A stretch of DNA of 64,000 nucleotides, taken from contig JASMMA010000009.1 in the NCBI GenBank assembly GCA_030748415.1, positions 45,194 through 109,193 of the forward strand, given 5' to 3'. A program made the translations under genes and the position numbers. Every line of letters begins with the position of its first letter. Position 1 is the first letter of the stretch. Under the pieces are notes generated by a model, which saw only the letters and a list, made by a program, of their open reading frames with translations, searched no databases and was not told where the DNA came from. This stretch comes from Planctomycetota bacterium. Lineage in GTDB: Bacteria > Planctomycetota > UBA1135. This document shows positions 28,086 to 37,464 of the stretch, piece after piece.

Positions 28086-28173
28086 TTCAAATTCTCTCAA
28101 ACCTAAGGAGGCGCTAGTATCTTCCCTAGAAAAGCGCCTATGTGCCCAAAAATGCCCTCTTGTTGAAAGTCCT

Positions 28174-28677
28174 GTGGAAAACACTGTGAAGAACTCTGGG
28201 AAGACTCCCAGCCCCGCCCGTCCTTTTGAATCTTTCCAAGTTGGTGAAACTCATCAGTCTCCAGACAGGATCCTTACCCAGGAAGGTATTGCTGCCTTTG
28301 CAGAATTAACTGGCGACAAGAACCCGATTCATTTGGACTCAAGCTTTGCCCGTGGAACAGTTTTTCGCTCTACCGTTGCCCACGGACTTTTTCTTACATC
28401 CATTCTTGCTGGCATGGCTTACGAACGTGGCCTTCTGGGCAAGAACATTCTCGCGTTGGAGAATTCCAAAGAAGACTACCTGCAACCGGTTAAACCAGGC
28501 GACACCATTTTTGGAACTGTTGCTATTGTTGGCACGAACCCTGATGCCAGCAAGCGATGCGGTAGAGTTTCTTGGGAATTAACCTTGCTTAAGCGAGACC
28601 CGCAAGGCGATGGTGTTCCTGTACTTGAAGCCCACTGGGAAACACTTGTTTTCAAAAAGGCCTACCTCAAAGACTAG
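28174..28677 (+). CDS. MaoC-family (R)-specific enoyl-CoA hydratase
   Basis: Hydratase-2 motif FAELTGDKNPIHLD..FA.......AHG; PVKPGDTI. Confidence 0.9.
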   Translation: MENTVKNSGKTPSPARPFESFQVGETHQSPDRILTQEGIAAFAELTGDKNPIHLDSSFARGTVFRSTVAHGLFLTSILAGMAYERGLLGKNILALENSKEDYLQPVKPGDTIFGTVAIVGTNPDASKRCGRVSWELTLLKRDPQGDGVPVLEAHWETLVFKKAYLKD

Positions 28678-29278
28678 ATGGCTCATGGCCGACCAATCTA
28701 ACTGAGGCTCCTGTACTCGAATAGTCAATCTGGGTCACAGATCCTGTAGGAATTTGCAATTCGGAGTACTCTGATAATGGCATCCCCATTGCATCTGCCA
28801 GGATTGCAACGGTCGGAAATAAATGCGAGACAACAACGACAACCTGGTTCTGATGGGAGTCGCGCAAAGAATCTCTCGCGTTTAATACCCGTGTCCTGAG
28901 CTGGCCTAAAGATTCTCCACCATGCCCGTTCCAATTTTCAAGGTCAGCCAAATGGTTCGTCATATCCTGAGGGAATTTGGACTCCAATTCGTCGTACCGC
29001 AACCCCACCCACCTTCCGCGGTCAATTTCTCTGAAGGAGTCCAGTTGGCGTATCGTCAAATCCTTAGCTGTGGCCTCAGCCTGAACCGCTCTTGCACCAA
29101 ATAATGCCCGTTTCAGAGGGCTGGAGTAAAGGGCATCCACTTTGAACTGAGCCAACCAGCGGCCAGCCGCTTGGGCCTGGTTTTCACCCTTCGGGCTTAA
29201 AGGGACCTCCGTTCCCCCATAAAACTTACCTTTCTGGGCAGGAATCACGGCACCATGGCGTACGAGAAAGAGGCGCAT
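28667..29278 (-). CDS. Histidine phosphatase (phosphoglycerate mutase/CobC-like)
   Basis: LFLVRHG, YSSPLKRA, REID.G.W.G, GGES and VVSH. Confidence 0.9.
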   Translation of the reverse strand: MRLFLVRHGAVIPAQKGKFYGGTEVPLSPKGENQAQAAGRWLAQFKVDALYSSPLKRALFGARAVQAEATAKDLTIRQLDSFREIDRGRWVGLRYDELESKFPQDMTNHLADLENWNGHGGESLGQLRTRVLNARDSLRDSHQNQVVVVVSHLFPTVAILADAMGMPLSEYSELQIPTGSVTQIDYSSTGASVRLVGHEPSSL

Positions 29279-29328
29279 AATCGCTATTCTGCCATCTTCT
29301 ATCGGATATGCTTCATGCTGGGACCCTC

Positions 29329-31287
29329 ATGAAACTACCTCCCTTTCTTTCTGCGCTCATCCTTCTTTTTTGGGGCACTCCAATTTTTTCCCAAATAGGT
29401 GGGGGCTCTATTGGGGACAAGGGTGACCGAGGCTACACCGGTCCAACGGATACGGTCCCTGAAGCAGAACCACCGGCGCCAGAACCAGGCGCAGCCCCAA
29501 CTCCGAGGACCATTCCTTGGACCCATCCTTGGATTCCACCTACCGGCCCTCCACGCACTCCCCCGCCCGGCACTTTTCGAAGCCCGCAACCATACAGAAT
29601 GACCGCCGACCCTGGGGATTGGCTCTCCTGGTGGCGCTTCCAAAGATGGCTCGCGATTGAAAGCACTGCCTCTCCGCTGAGCAAACCAATCACGACCCCT
29701 GGTGCAACAGGCCGACCTTTGCCCTTGGCCTCCTCAGAGCCTCTTGGTTTTAGCATTGCGAAGGACCTTCAAACCCGATGGCCTGACGCAACGGATTCCC
29801 CTCTTGTCCGGTCAGAACTTTTGGTTTCCATTGCTAGAGCAGGAGATTCTCCAGCGGCTCACTCCCTCCTTAGAGAGGCCCTCAAAGATTCTGACTTTCG
29901 TGTCGCTGAAGGTGCTGTGGTTGGCATGGGTATCCTTGGAAAGCCTCACGGAATTCCAACTCTTTCCCTACTTCTGAAAGGAAAAGGTCAAGACTTAGTT
30001 TCCTTGTACGGTAAGCCTAAAACTCCAGAACGCCTTCAAGCTTTCGCCGCGTATGGTTTGGGTCTTATTGCCGAGCAAACAGCTTATCCTGGCTTGCGCG
30101 AAACGATTGCTGCTCCCCTCCTTGCCGGTTTGAAGCGAGGTGCCTTTGCAACCGAGGACCCTGCTGTTGCCTGCGCCGCCGCTCTTGGACTTTTTCCCGT
30201 TCAAGATTCTGCTGAAGTCTTACCTCCACTTATGCAGTGCGTTGAAAACCGCAGGATCCCTGCCTCTGTACGGGCTATGGCTGTTCTTTCTAGCGCAAAA
30301 ATACTTGGCGGTGGCTCTTACTCCGCACTTTGCAAATCGACCCTCCTCGAATTCCAAAAACGCCTCCTTTCTTCTTCTGAAAAAACAGAAGTTCGCCAAG
30401 CTTGCGCTCTTGCTTTAGGTCGGCTAGGCGGATTTCCGACCCTCATTAAAGATGCTTCCGCCGCATTGATTGAAGCCAGAAAAGAAGACTCGGACCCTCG
30501 TGTACGGAACTTGGCCGCTGTGGCACTAGGAGAACTCGCGTCTTCCATATCACCCACCGCCCAAACTTTTATTCTTCCTGCACTTCTCGAGAACCTTCGG
30601 AATGGGACCGACCGCGACCGAGCCTGGGCTGCCATTTCCCTTGCTTGGGCACACCTTCACTCAGTTGAGGCATCACGAATGCTGCCCCAAACAGTGCCAA
30701 GACGCTTGCTTGAGTATCTCCAGTCGGGGCCAAGTAACTCATCCCAATCCGCTGCGGCCCTTGCACTTGGGTTTATGCACTTCGAGCCTGCTCTTTCCTC
30801 CCTTCAAGCTGCCACATTGGGTTCAGGCACGGCCATTCTTCAGGCCGAGGCTATTGCCGCCCTTTGTTTACTGGATGCCGAACTAGCTGTAAACGGCACA
30901 TTAAATGCCTTGGATTCTCTCGACCCGACCACGGAAGCTTTTCAGGTCGTTTGCGCCGGTCTTGGTTCTCAAGAACCTGACCGCCTTTTGGAATACCTCC
31001 AGTCCCTGCTTTCCCGCGATGGTACGAATTTCCAATCTAGGTTTGCGGCCGCTCTGGCGTTGGGCTGGATTCAAGGAGACCAAGCTGTGGCAACCCTCGT
31101 GAGCCTCCTTGAAGAGGATGTCCCCCAAGAAGCGATTCGTGCTGCTGCCATCCGCTCCCTTGGCCGGATAGGCGAAGGTCCCCAAAAACGGTGGAATTCG
31201 AGCTATTTGGACCTCCTTAACCCCTTCTGGGCCCCCCCCACTCTTTTGGGGACTCCCTCCCTCCCTGGAATCTGCGACCGGATTTAA
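29329..31287 (+). CDS. Exported HEAT-repeat protein 1
   Basis: Signal peptide, Pro-rich linker, repeated VR..AA.ALG helical pairs. Confidence 0.8.
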   Translation: MKLPPFLSALILLFWGTPIFSQIGGGSIGDKGDRGYTGPTDTVPEAEPPAPEPGAAPTPRTIPWTHPWIPPTGPPRTPPPGTFRSPQPYRMTADPGDWLSWWRFQRWLAIESTASPLSKPITTPGATGRPLPLASSEPLGFSIAKDLQTRWPDATDSPLVRSELLVSIARAGDSPAAHSLLREALKDSDFRVAEGAVVGMGILGKPHGIPTLSLLLKGKGQDLVSLYGKPKTPERLQAFAAYGLGLIAEQTAYPGLRETIAAPLLAGLKRGAFATEDPAVACAAALGLFPVQDSAEVLPPLMQCVENRRIPASVRAMAVLSSAKILGGGSYSALCKSTLLEFQKRLLSSSEKTEVRQACALALGRLGGFPTLIKDASAALIEARKEDSDPRVRNLAAVALGELASSISPTAQTFILPALLENLRNGTDRDRAWAAISLAWAHLHSVEASRMLPQTVPRRLLEYLQSGPSNSSQSAAALALGFMHFEPALSSLQAATLGSGTAILQAEAIAALCLLDAELAVNGTLNALDSLDPTTEAFQVVCAGLGSQEPDRLLEYLQSLLSRDGTNFQSRFAAALALGWIQGDQAVATLVSLLEEDVPQEAIRAAAIRSLGRIGEGPQKRWNSSYLDLLNPFWAPPTLLGTPSLPGICDRI

Positions 31288-31402
31288 GGACTGTTACTAT
31301 CTGGTAACCTTTTGCCCTCCATTTGGGCAGAATCAGGCTGGTACACTCTTTGCAACCATGGATGCGTGACCCACCACTTGCTCACGCACTAAATAAAATG
31401 TC

Positions 31403-33406
31403 ATGAATCGACTTCTTCTCAGTCTTACTCTCTTCTCCACCCTCCTCCTAGGCTCAGATCTTTCGGCTCATGGTGGAACCTACCGCGGCCCAGGTGATAC
31501 GGTTCCTCCCGCTGGTGGTGGTGCAGCTGCCCCCGTAGCTCCTGCAGCTCCTGGTGCTCCTGCCGCGCCTGCTGCTCCTGGTGCCCCAGCAACTCCTAAC
31601 AGTCCAAATACGCCAACGACCCCGGCTGTCGTTACTGCCCCGACTGCGGAAAAAGCCAAAACTCCGACGACTGGTGGTTCTAGTGGCCCCGACCTAACTA
31701 CTTGGGAATTTTGGTGGGAATTCAACAAGGAGCCTTTCCTGAACTTGAAAGCTAAGATTCAAAGTGGCAATATTTCAACCGGTGAATCTGAACTCATGAT
31801 TGGCTTAAGTTCCGTAAGTACCGACAACAACACTTTTGCTCCAAGCCCCCAACAGATTCGCGGAATTGTGCTTCCTGCTTTGAAGCGCTCTCTCGGCAAC
31901 GATACAAATCGCGACATTCTTTCTTCCGACTTAATTGCCATGGCGAAGATTGGTCGTGACACGGAAATCCCAGCTCTGCTGGAGCCATTCCTTTCTCACG
32001 GCAACCAAGAGATTGCCGAAACCGCTGCTCTTGCATATGGAATCCTTCAGCATTCCGACGCGCTGCCTCAGTTGAGAGACTTGGCCCTTGATACAGCAAA
32101 CGGTCGGAAACTCGTTGACTCCGAGAACGGCGTAGCTCTACGCACTCGCACCTTTGCTGCTTACGGAATGGGTCTGGTTGCTCACAGCTCAGATGACTCA
32201 ATTATCCGGAATCAGGTTGCCAACACATTATGGGAACTTCTTTCAACGGACACCTCCGCGCTGAAAGACATCAGAGTTGCTTCTGTAATTGGCTTAGGCT
32301 TAACTCTTGTTGACAATCCAGCAATGGTTCAAAACCTATCTGCATACTTGGCAGATCCAAGCCATGACGAGCTCGTTCGTGCTCACTGCCCAAATGCAAT
32401 AGCAAAACTGATTCGGCACCAAGATGACTCATCTGCTGCCGATGCTGCTGTTGATCAATTCTTAGCTCTCCTCCAAAGTAAAGGCACTAAAACAAGAGTT
32501 CGCCAATCTTGTGTCCAAGGGCTCGGCATGTTGGCGGTCAACGCTCCCTCTTCCGGCCAAAAAATCTTGGAAGAACTCCTCCGTGTTGCAGAGAAGGGAA
32601 AAGACCGGCAAGAGAAAAATTTCACGACAATTGCTCTAGCTGACCTTGGCGCCGCAGTTGAGGGTCCTATTCGAGACAAGGTTGTTGAATACCTCAATAA
32701 GAATGTTCGTAAAGGTTCCACCCCTTACCGCCCTTGGGCCGCAATGGGTTTGGGGGTAATGGCCTTCAAGCTTTCCGAACAAGGAGATGCTCTATCTGAT
32801 GTTGCTGGGCGCACCGTCCATGCAGCTTTCAAAAAGGAAAAAAGCCCCTCGCCAAAAGCCGGTTACGCCATTGCCCTTGGCTTGATGCGCTTTGAAGAAG
32901 CAAAGAAAGACATTCGTTCCGCCATGGAGAAATCCCGCGTTGCTGATTTCCGTGGCTATTCCGCGGTTTCCCTTGGTCTGATGGGTGCAACAGAAAACAA
33001 GGAGTACATCTCCGAGATGGTTCGCGAAAGCCGCCGTCTTGGCAATTTGCTTCAACAGGCAGCTATTGCGCTTGGCTTGATGAAAGACCATTCTGTTGTG
33101 GATACCCTTCTCGACTTAATGGCACCTCCAGATGGCTCTTCGCCGGGACTTCCAGTGCTTTCTGCTTCTGCAACTGCGCTCGGTTTCATCGGTGATCACC
33201 GCTCCGTTGACCCTCTTGTTCGAATCCTTGGTGACGAGGACATGCTCCCTATCGGCCGAGCATTTGCAGCGGTTGCACTTGGCCTTGTTGGTGACAAGGA
33301 AATGTTGCCATGGAACTCCAAGATTGGCCAGGACCTCAACTACCGAGCTTCCGTGTCCACTCTTGTAGATAAGAGCTCGGGAACTGGAATCCTGGATATT
33401 CTCTAA
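31403..33406 (+). CDS. Exported HEAT-repeat protein 2 (paralogue of 29329-31287)
   Basis: Signal peptide, HGGTYRGPGDTVPP, Ala/Pro linker, WEFWWEFN, many AA.ALG repeats. Confidence 0.85.
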   Translation: MNRLLLSLTLFSTLLLGSDLSAHGGTYRGPGDTVPPAGGGAAAPVAPAAPGAPAAPAAPGAPATPNSPNTPTTPAVVTAPTAEKAKTPTTGGSSGPDLTTWEFWWEFNKEPFLNLKAKIQSGNISTGESELMIGLSSVSTDNNTFAPSPQQIRGIVLPALKRSLGNDTNRDILSSDLIAMAKIGRDTEIPALLEPFLSHGNQEIAETAALAYGILQHSDALPQLRDLALDTANGRKLVDSENGVALRTRTFAAYGMGLVAHSSDDSIIRNQVANTLWELLSTDTSALKDIRVASVIGLGLTLVDNPAMVQNLSAYLADPSHDELVRAHCPNAIAKLIRHQDDSSAADAAVDQFLALLQSKGTKTRVRQSCVQGLGMLAVNAPSSGQKILEELLRVAEKGKDRQEKNFTTIALADLGAAVEGPIRDKVVEYLNKNVRKGSTPYRPWAAMGLGVMAFKLSEQGDALSDVAGRTVHAAFKKEKSPSPKAGYAIALGLMRFEEAKKDIRSAMEKSRVADFRGYSAVSLGLMGATENKEYISEMVRESRRLGNLLQQAAIALGLMKDHSVVDTLLDLMAPPDGSSPGLPVLSASATALGFIGDHRSVDPLVRILGDEDMLPIGRAFAAVALGLVGDKEMLPWNSKIGQDLNYRASVSTLVDKSSGTGILDIL

Positions 33407-33427
33407 TCCTTAGAGCTCCTTAACTCT

Positions 33428-33459
33428 AAACAGGGAAGCAAGCATTGCTTCCCTGTTTT
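33428..33459. terminator. Bidirectional Rho-independent terminator
   Basis: AAACAGGGAAGCAA-GCA-TTGCTTCCCTGTTTT between convergent genes. Confidence 0.85.
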
Positions 33460-33460
33460 C

Positions 33461-33880
33461 TTATTCTGAAGCCTGGCTCTCATCGGCCTCGGGTTGAAAT
33501 GTAAAAAGATCCCCTTCGCCCGCTTGGTGATTGAGCCCCTCATTGAGACTTAAGTTCTCTCCTGCGAAATGGGCAAGGACCTGATTGGCGTATAAGCTTG
33601 GGTCCATCGCAGGAATCTCCAAGTGGAGTCCGGGAAGAACAGACCATCTCCGCCCTTTGCGCAGGGTTGCTGAAAGAGGTGTTGCCAACTCGGGAGGCAA
33701 TAATGCGCTAATGTCGAAGCAGTGTGCTCTCCCGGTACAGTCCCATATAATCTTGGCCTGCGTAGATTCCTGAAGGGCAGATTCCAAAATTTCTTTCCAA
33801 ATCAAATAATCCAAAGGGAGGCTCGCTTTTTCACCATCAGCGGAATAGACCAGCAACAATGCTTTCCTTTGGAATATCAT
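33461..33880 (-). CDS. Hypothetical protein
   Basis: ATGA-coupled to the upstream gene; last gene of a minus-strand operon. Confidence 0.6.
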   Translation of the reverse strand: MIFQRKALLLVYSADGEKASLPLDYLIWKEILESALQESTQAKIIWDCTGRAHCFDISALLPPELATPLSATLRKGRRWSVLPGLHLEIPAMDPSLYANQVLAHFAGENLSLNEGLNHQAGEGDLFTFQPEADESQASE

Positions 33881-34350
33881 GTGGAAATATCACGAGTTTT
33901 TTTCCACCCTAGTCGGAGGAGAACCGCCCAAAAAGCAAATGCGAGAAAGGGTAAGAACTTGGCCCGAGACTCAGCTTGAGACAGGATCTCCTGTTGCTCC
34001 AAATATTCAAGCAAGTCTCTTTGAAGTTGTTTCATCTCATCAACCCCAGGCGTGCCATTGGAATTTGATTCGAGCCAGGCAGTCGAGTCGTCGAATGCTT
34101 TCTGCGCGAGAGATGGCTCCCGAGAATCAAGCCAAATGTGGAAATGCTCCCCCACCGGATTGCCAGGCTTTAGTTCGAGAAATGCCTTAGCAGCCTGCCT
34201 AGCTTCAGAGAAGGCACCAGCCGTTGCAGCACTTCGGAATCGCTCTGCTTGAGCTTGGGCGACAGTCGGGTGAAGGGCTAAGTGTTTCTCGAGGAAGTCT
34301 TTTGCATCTTGCTGTGGAGCCAGCCAAAGAAGAAGAGGAATCCACATCAT
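33877..34350 (-). CDS. Hypothetical exported protein with C-terminal TM anchor
   Basis: MMWIPLLLWLAPQQ N-terminus; TPR-like helices; C-terminal hydrophobic helix followed by KKTR. Confidence 0.65.
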   Translation of the reverse strand: MMWIPLLLWLAPQQDAKDFLEKHLALHPTVAQAQAERFRSAATAGAFSEARQAAKAFLELKPGNPVGEHFHIWLDSREPSLAQKAFDDSTAWLESNSNGTPGVDEMKQLQRDLLEYLEQQEILSQAESRAKFLPFLAFAFWAVLLRLGWKKTRDIST

Positions 34351-35879
34351 GGTCGTGCACCTTGGAACCACTCCTGTGCTTGCCATAAAGCAAGAGGATT
34401 CAAATCATCCTTAAAAGGGAGCGCGTTTGGGAAAAAGTCCTGTGTCTGGCTAGGGAGACAAGCAGCTCCAACACTGACAGGAAAACCAGCGGGAAGTATT
34501 TTTGCAAGCTCCTCCAAAGATAAAAGGTCCATGTCTTTGCGGGCAAACAAAACAATATTTCGACTAAAAGGAACTCGGTGAACCCGAATGTCCTGAAAAG
34601 AAAGTTGCAGGCCAGAAACGAGCGAAGCGAGCCAGGGCTGCTCTTGTTCATCTAAGGAAGCTGATCCCAAATTTGCAGCAAAAATCCCACCCTTCCGTAG
34701 ATGATTAGAGACATCCAGAAAAAATTCTTGGGTGGCTAGGTGGAGTGGTATCTCAAATTGACGGGAGTAGGCGTCCAGAATAATCAAATCCAAATCGTTC
34801 GGGGCACACCTTAAAAGGCTTCGACCATCACCAGAAACGATTTGAAGTTGTGCTCCCCAAAAGGGCGGGGGAGAAAGTTCCAGCACAGCTGGGTCCAGTT
34901 CAATGCCAACGCCAGTCCAGTCATTTCCCTGAATCCCAGCTAGGAGAGGACCCATGGCGGATCCTGCGCCATGACCAAGTGTCCAAAATTTGAATGGAGA
35001 TGGAGGCGTCACATTGGCGTTGGCATAAAGAGGAGCCAAGGAAAAAACATCGTAATAAGAACCGGGCCATGGGGTGCCTGGTCTGTGAACGGATTGGAAG
35101 GAATCCACTCCCTCATTCATTTGAAGCCACCATGTTCCGTCCTGAAAGCGCAATGTCCTAAGTCGCTGGTAAGGGGACTCAACAACTTCTTCAACCACGA
35201 GGTCACCAAGAGGAAGGTTTGCAGTTATGGATTTGTCCGGTACTAAAAAAACTAAAGACAAAAGGAAAAGGGCGGGGGCGGTTTTTTTCAAACGAAGTCT
35301 AGCCAGTATTGTTCCCGAAATAACAAGGAGAAGAGCTATCACAAGGAGAGAAAACCGAACTCCAAGAAGAGGGATTCCCAAAAAAGTGGCGCCGAACACA
35401 CCAACAAGAGAGCCGGCCGTTCCCATGGCGGATATTTCACCCGCCGCTCTGCCGGCTCCCCGTTGCAGACTTCGCAACTCCACAAGCAATGGAGCTACCA
35501 TAGCTAAGATCAAAACTGGAGGAGCAAAAAAGAGAAGAGCACTGGTAAAGGAACCACCAAGGAAAATGGTTGCGGCCTCATCCAATCGCAGATTTGTGGG
35601 TAATAGCCAATTGGCAAACAGTGGGAGTAAAAAAATGGAAGAAGCTAAGCAAATCCCAGAGACCAATAGAATCCAACCTGCTGCCATTTGGGGCCGAGGA
35701 TGGGTGCGAGCCAAGCGGCCCCCAAAGGCTGCCCCCATCGCCATGGCAAAAAGAACCACTCCTATCTGGTTTGACCAAACTATGGAAGATGCACCGAACC
35801 AAGGAGCAAGTAGGTGCACCCCCAGGATTTCAATTGCAAGGGCAGAGAAACCGGACAGGAAGGCGGCAAATAAAATCAT
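34347..35879 (-). CDS. Fused MFS-like/spermidine synthase-like SAM-binding protein
   Basis: About 7 TM segments (EI.G..LLAPWFGAS..VWS..IGV), then ESPYQ, LGHGAG, IELDP, GDGR, ILDAY and LATQEFF. Confidence 0.85.
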   Translation of the reverse strand: MILFAAFLSGFSALAIEILGVHLLAPWFGASSIVWSNQIGVVLFAMAMGAAFGGRLARTHPRPQMAAGWILLVSGICLASSIFLLPLFANWLLPTNLRLDEAATIFLGGSFTSALLFFAPPVLILAMVAPLLVELRSLQRGAGRAAGEISAMGTAGSLVGVFGATFLGIPLLGVRFSLLVIALLLVISGTILARLRLKKTAPALFLLSLVFLVPDKSITANLPLGDLVVEEVVESPYQRLRTLRFQDGTWWLQMNEGVDSFQSVHRPGTPWPGSYYDVFSLAPLYANANVTPPSPFKFWTLGHGAGSAMGPLLAGIQGNDWTGVGIELDPAVLELSPPPFWGAQLQIVSGDGRSLLRCAPNDLDLIILDAYSRQFEIPLHLATQEFFLDVSNHLRKGGIFAANLGSASLDEQEQPWLASLVSGLQLSFQDIRVHRVPFSRNIVLFARKDMDLLSLEELAKILPAGFPVSVGAACLPSQTQDFFPNALPFKDDLNPLALWQAQEWFQGARP

Positions 35880-36940
35880 GGCGAGGAGCGGGGAATGTCA
35901 ATTCCGTGGACGACAACTGGAAATACTGCCCGAGCGTCTAGATTAAGGGCAAAGTTATCCAACAAAGTACGCAAATTCCTCACTGCTTTGAACTGCAAAG
36001 GAGCGCCGTTGCGAAAAATGGAGATGGGTTTGTTCAGATCCACGATTGCATCATTCAAAAAAAGGTCAACACTGTAAACCTTGTTAGCCAAAAGGTGGAT
36101 GGCGTTCTCTTGTTGATCAACCCTCACTCGAACAAAGGCTGGTTGTCCAGCTTGGTCAGGAAGGTCATACTGAAGTGCCTGCACCCAGTAATTTCGACCG
36201 GCGGATGGGATGTGAAACTCTGCCAAGAAATCAGTCGGGTACGGCTGCCTCGGCAAGGGACGCATCAATCGGTTCCAAAACTCTAAGGGAACTTCCCCAG
36301 AAGGAAGGGTCAGAACGGAAGCAAAGAAATGCGGAAAATAGTCCGAAAGCAGGCGGGCTTGCGAGTGCGTTTCTAAATCACTCAAGAGGGAGACTTCATT
36401 TCGATTGACGCGAAAGTTATGTACAGCAAATGAAAAAGTGTGCAGGAATTGAATACGGGTTGCGTCATGGGTTTCCGAAGAAGCCGGATTTGGGAATTCC
36501 ATCGCAACCAGCAGGGCTTGCTCAGCGACGTTTAAGGGAATGTTTTCCAGTAGGGATTGACCATCCTGTTTCCCACATACGATGGTCAACGGCAGGAGAG
36601 AAGATGAATCCGTATTCGCAGACGGAGCTCTCCAAAAAACGGGCTCTCCTGTTTTCTTTAAATGGTCCATTTGGATTTTCCCCTTAGTTTTGGGGGGATA
36701 GGAGGGCGCCCTCTCAAAAACTCGTTCCCAAAGAGACAGGTTGCTCAACGGGGCAGTTCCCTCCTCCACGAACTCTAAAATTTCGTTTTCGATTCTGTTA
36801 AGGGTTTGGGGCTGCTCTTGAACTTTGGCCTGAATCCAATCTCGGACTAAGTGAACGAGTTGGGTTTCAACATCCGCGGGCGGAATGCCGGGCTCTTGAA
36901 TGGCGAACGCGAAGACTGCAGTGAGGGTAAGAGGAATCAC
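35876..36940 (-). CDS. Hypothetical exported protein, possible inactive alpha/beta-hydrolase relative
   Basis: Signal-like N-terminus; no GxSxG; C-terminal LFLND.IVDL.KP...RNG domain. Confidence 0.6.
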   Translation of the reverse strand: MIPLTLTAVFAFAIQEPGIPPADVETQLVHLVRDWIQAKVQEQPQTLNRIENEILEFVEEGTAPLSNLSLWERVFERAPSYPPKTKGKIQMDHLKKTGEPVFWRAPSANTDSSSLLPLTIVCGKQDGQSLLENIPLNVAEQALLVAMEFPNPASSETHDATRIQFLHTFSFAVHNFRVNRNEVSLLSDLETHSQARLLSDYFPHFFASVLTLPSGEVPLEFWNRLMRPLPRQPYPTDFLAEFHIPSAGRNYWVQALQYDLPDQAGQPAFVRVRVDQQENAIHLLANKVYSVDLFLNDAIVDLNKPISIFRNGAPLQFKAVRNLRTLLDNFALNLDARAVFPVVVHGIDIPRSSP

Positions 36941-37464
36941 TTCGGCTCTCTATTTATTTGCGTCAATATGGTCAAAGCCATTTCTCGGGGAGTACCTCCA
37001 AGAGGGATTATTTCCGAACCTCGCCCCTCAAACCACAATCGGTTGTTCCTTAAACGCTTCTCATTGGGAAAATGAGTGCAAGCTTCTTCCAAAAACCTGC
37101 TCAATTCCTTGAACTCTTTTCTTCCCCAAAGACCCAATGCCCACTCAAGGGCAACCTCGGAACTTTCTAAAGGGTTGTCCCATTTGGAATTCAAGTCATG
37201 CCGCCGTTGATAAAGCAACAAGTTGGCACGGTCGGTTGGGGTATTCGAAGTTGCCAATGCTTCCCAAGCGGACAACACTAAGGGAGAGTCATTATGTTCT
37301 AATGGACCAAGGTTTGCCCAAAGCTTCAGCCGCCATAACGGGTCAATTAGTTGTGGGTTGGCGAGACACTCTTCAATCGAAGCAAGGTGGGCAGCCTGCC
37401 CGACGGGCTCCTGCGGCGCAAAGGGCATGAGCGCCAACAAGCCAAGGAAGGTTAGTCGAGCCAA
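36937..37464 (-). CDS. Hypothetical exported protein
   Basis: Signal MARLTFLGLLALMPFAPQE; overlaps purM end and the downstream gene. Confidence 0.6.
   Translation of the reverse strand: MARLTFLGLLALMPFAPQEPVGQAAHLASIEECLANPQLIDPLWRLKLWANLGPLEHNDSPLVLSAWEALATSNTPTDRANLLLYQRRHDLNSKWDNPLESSEVALEWALGLWGRKEFKELSRFLEEACTHFPNEKRLRNNRLWFEGRGSEIIPLGGTPREMALTILTQINREPK

Noticed and set aside
31358-31369. Tiny upstream ORF ATG GAT GCG TGA before HEAT gene 2
   Set aside because: Three codons with no attenuator structure; likely chance.
31515-31640. GCTCCT-like short tandem repeats
   Set aside because: They encode the Ala/Pro linker; imperfect, with no spacers, so not CRISPR.
20654-33406. Beta-propeller plus alpha-solenoid genes as a split membrane-coat-like system
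   Set aside because: The genes are in separate transcription units 4 kb apart; proximity is the only link.
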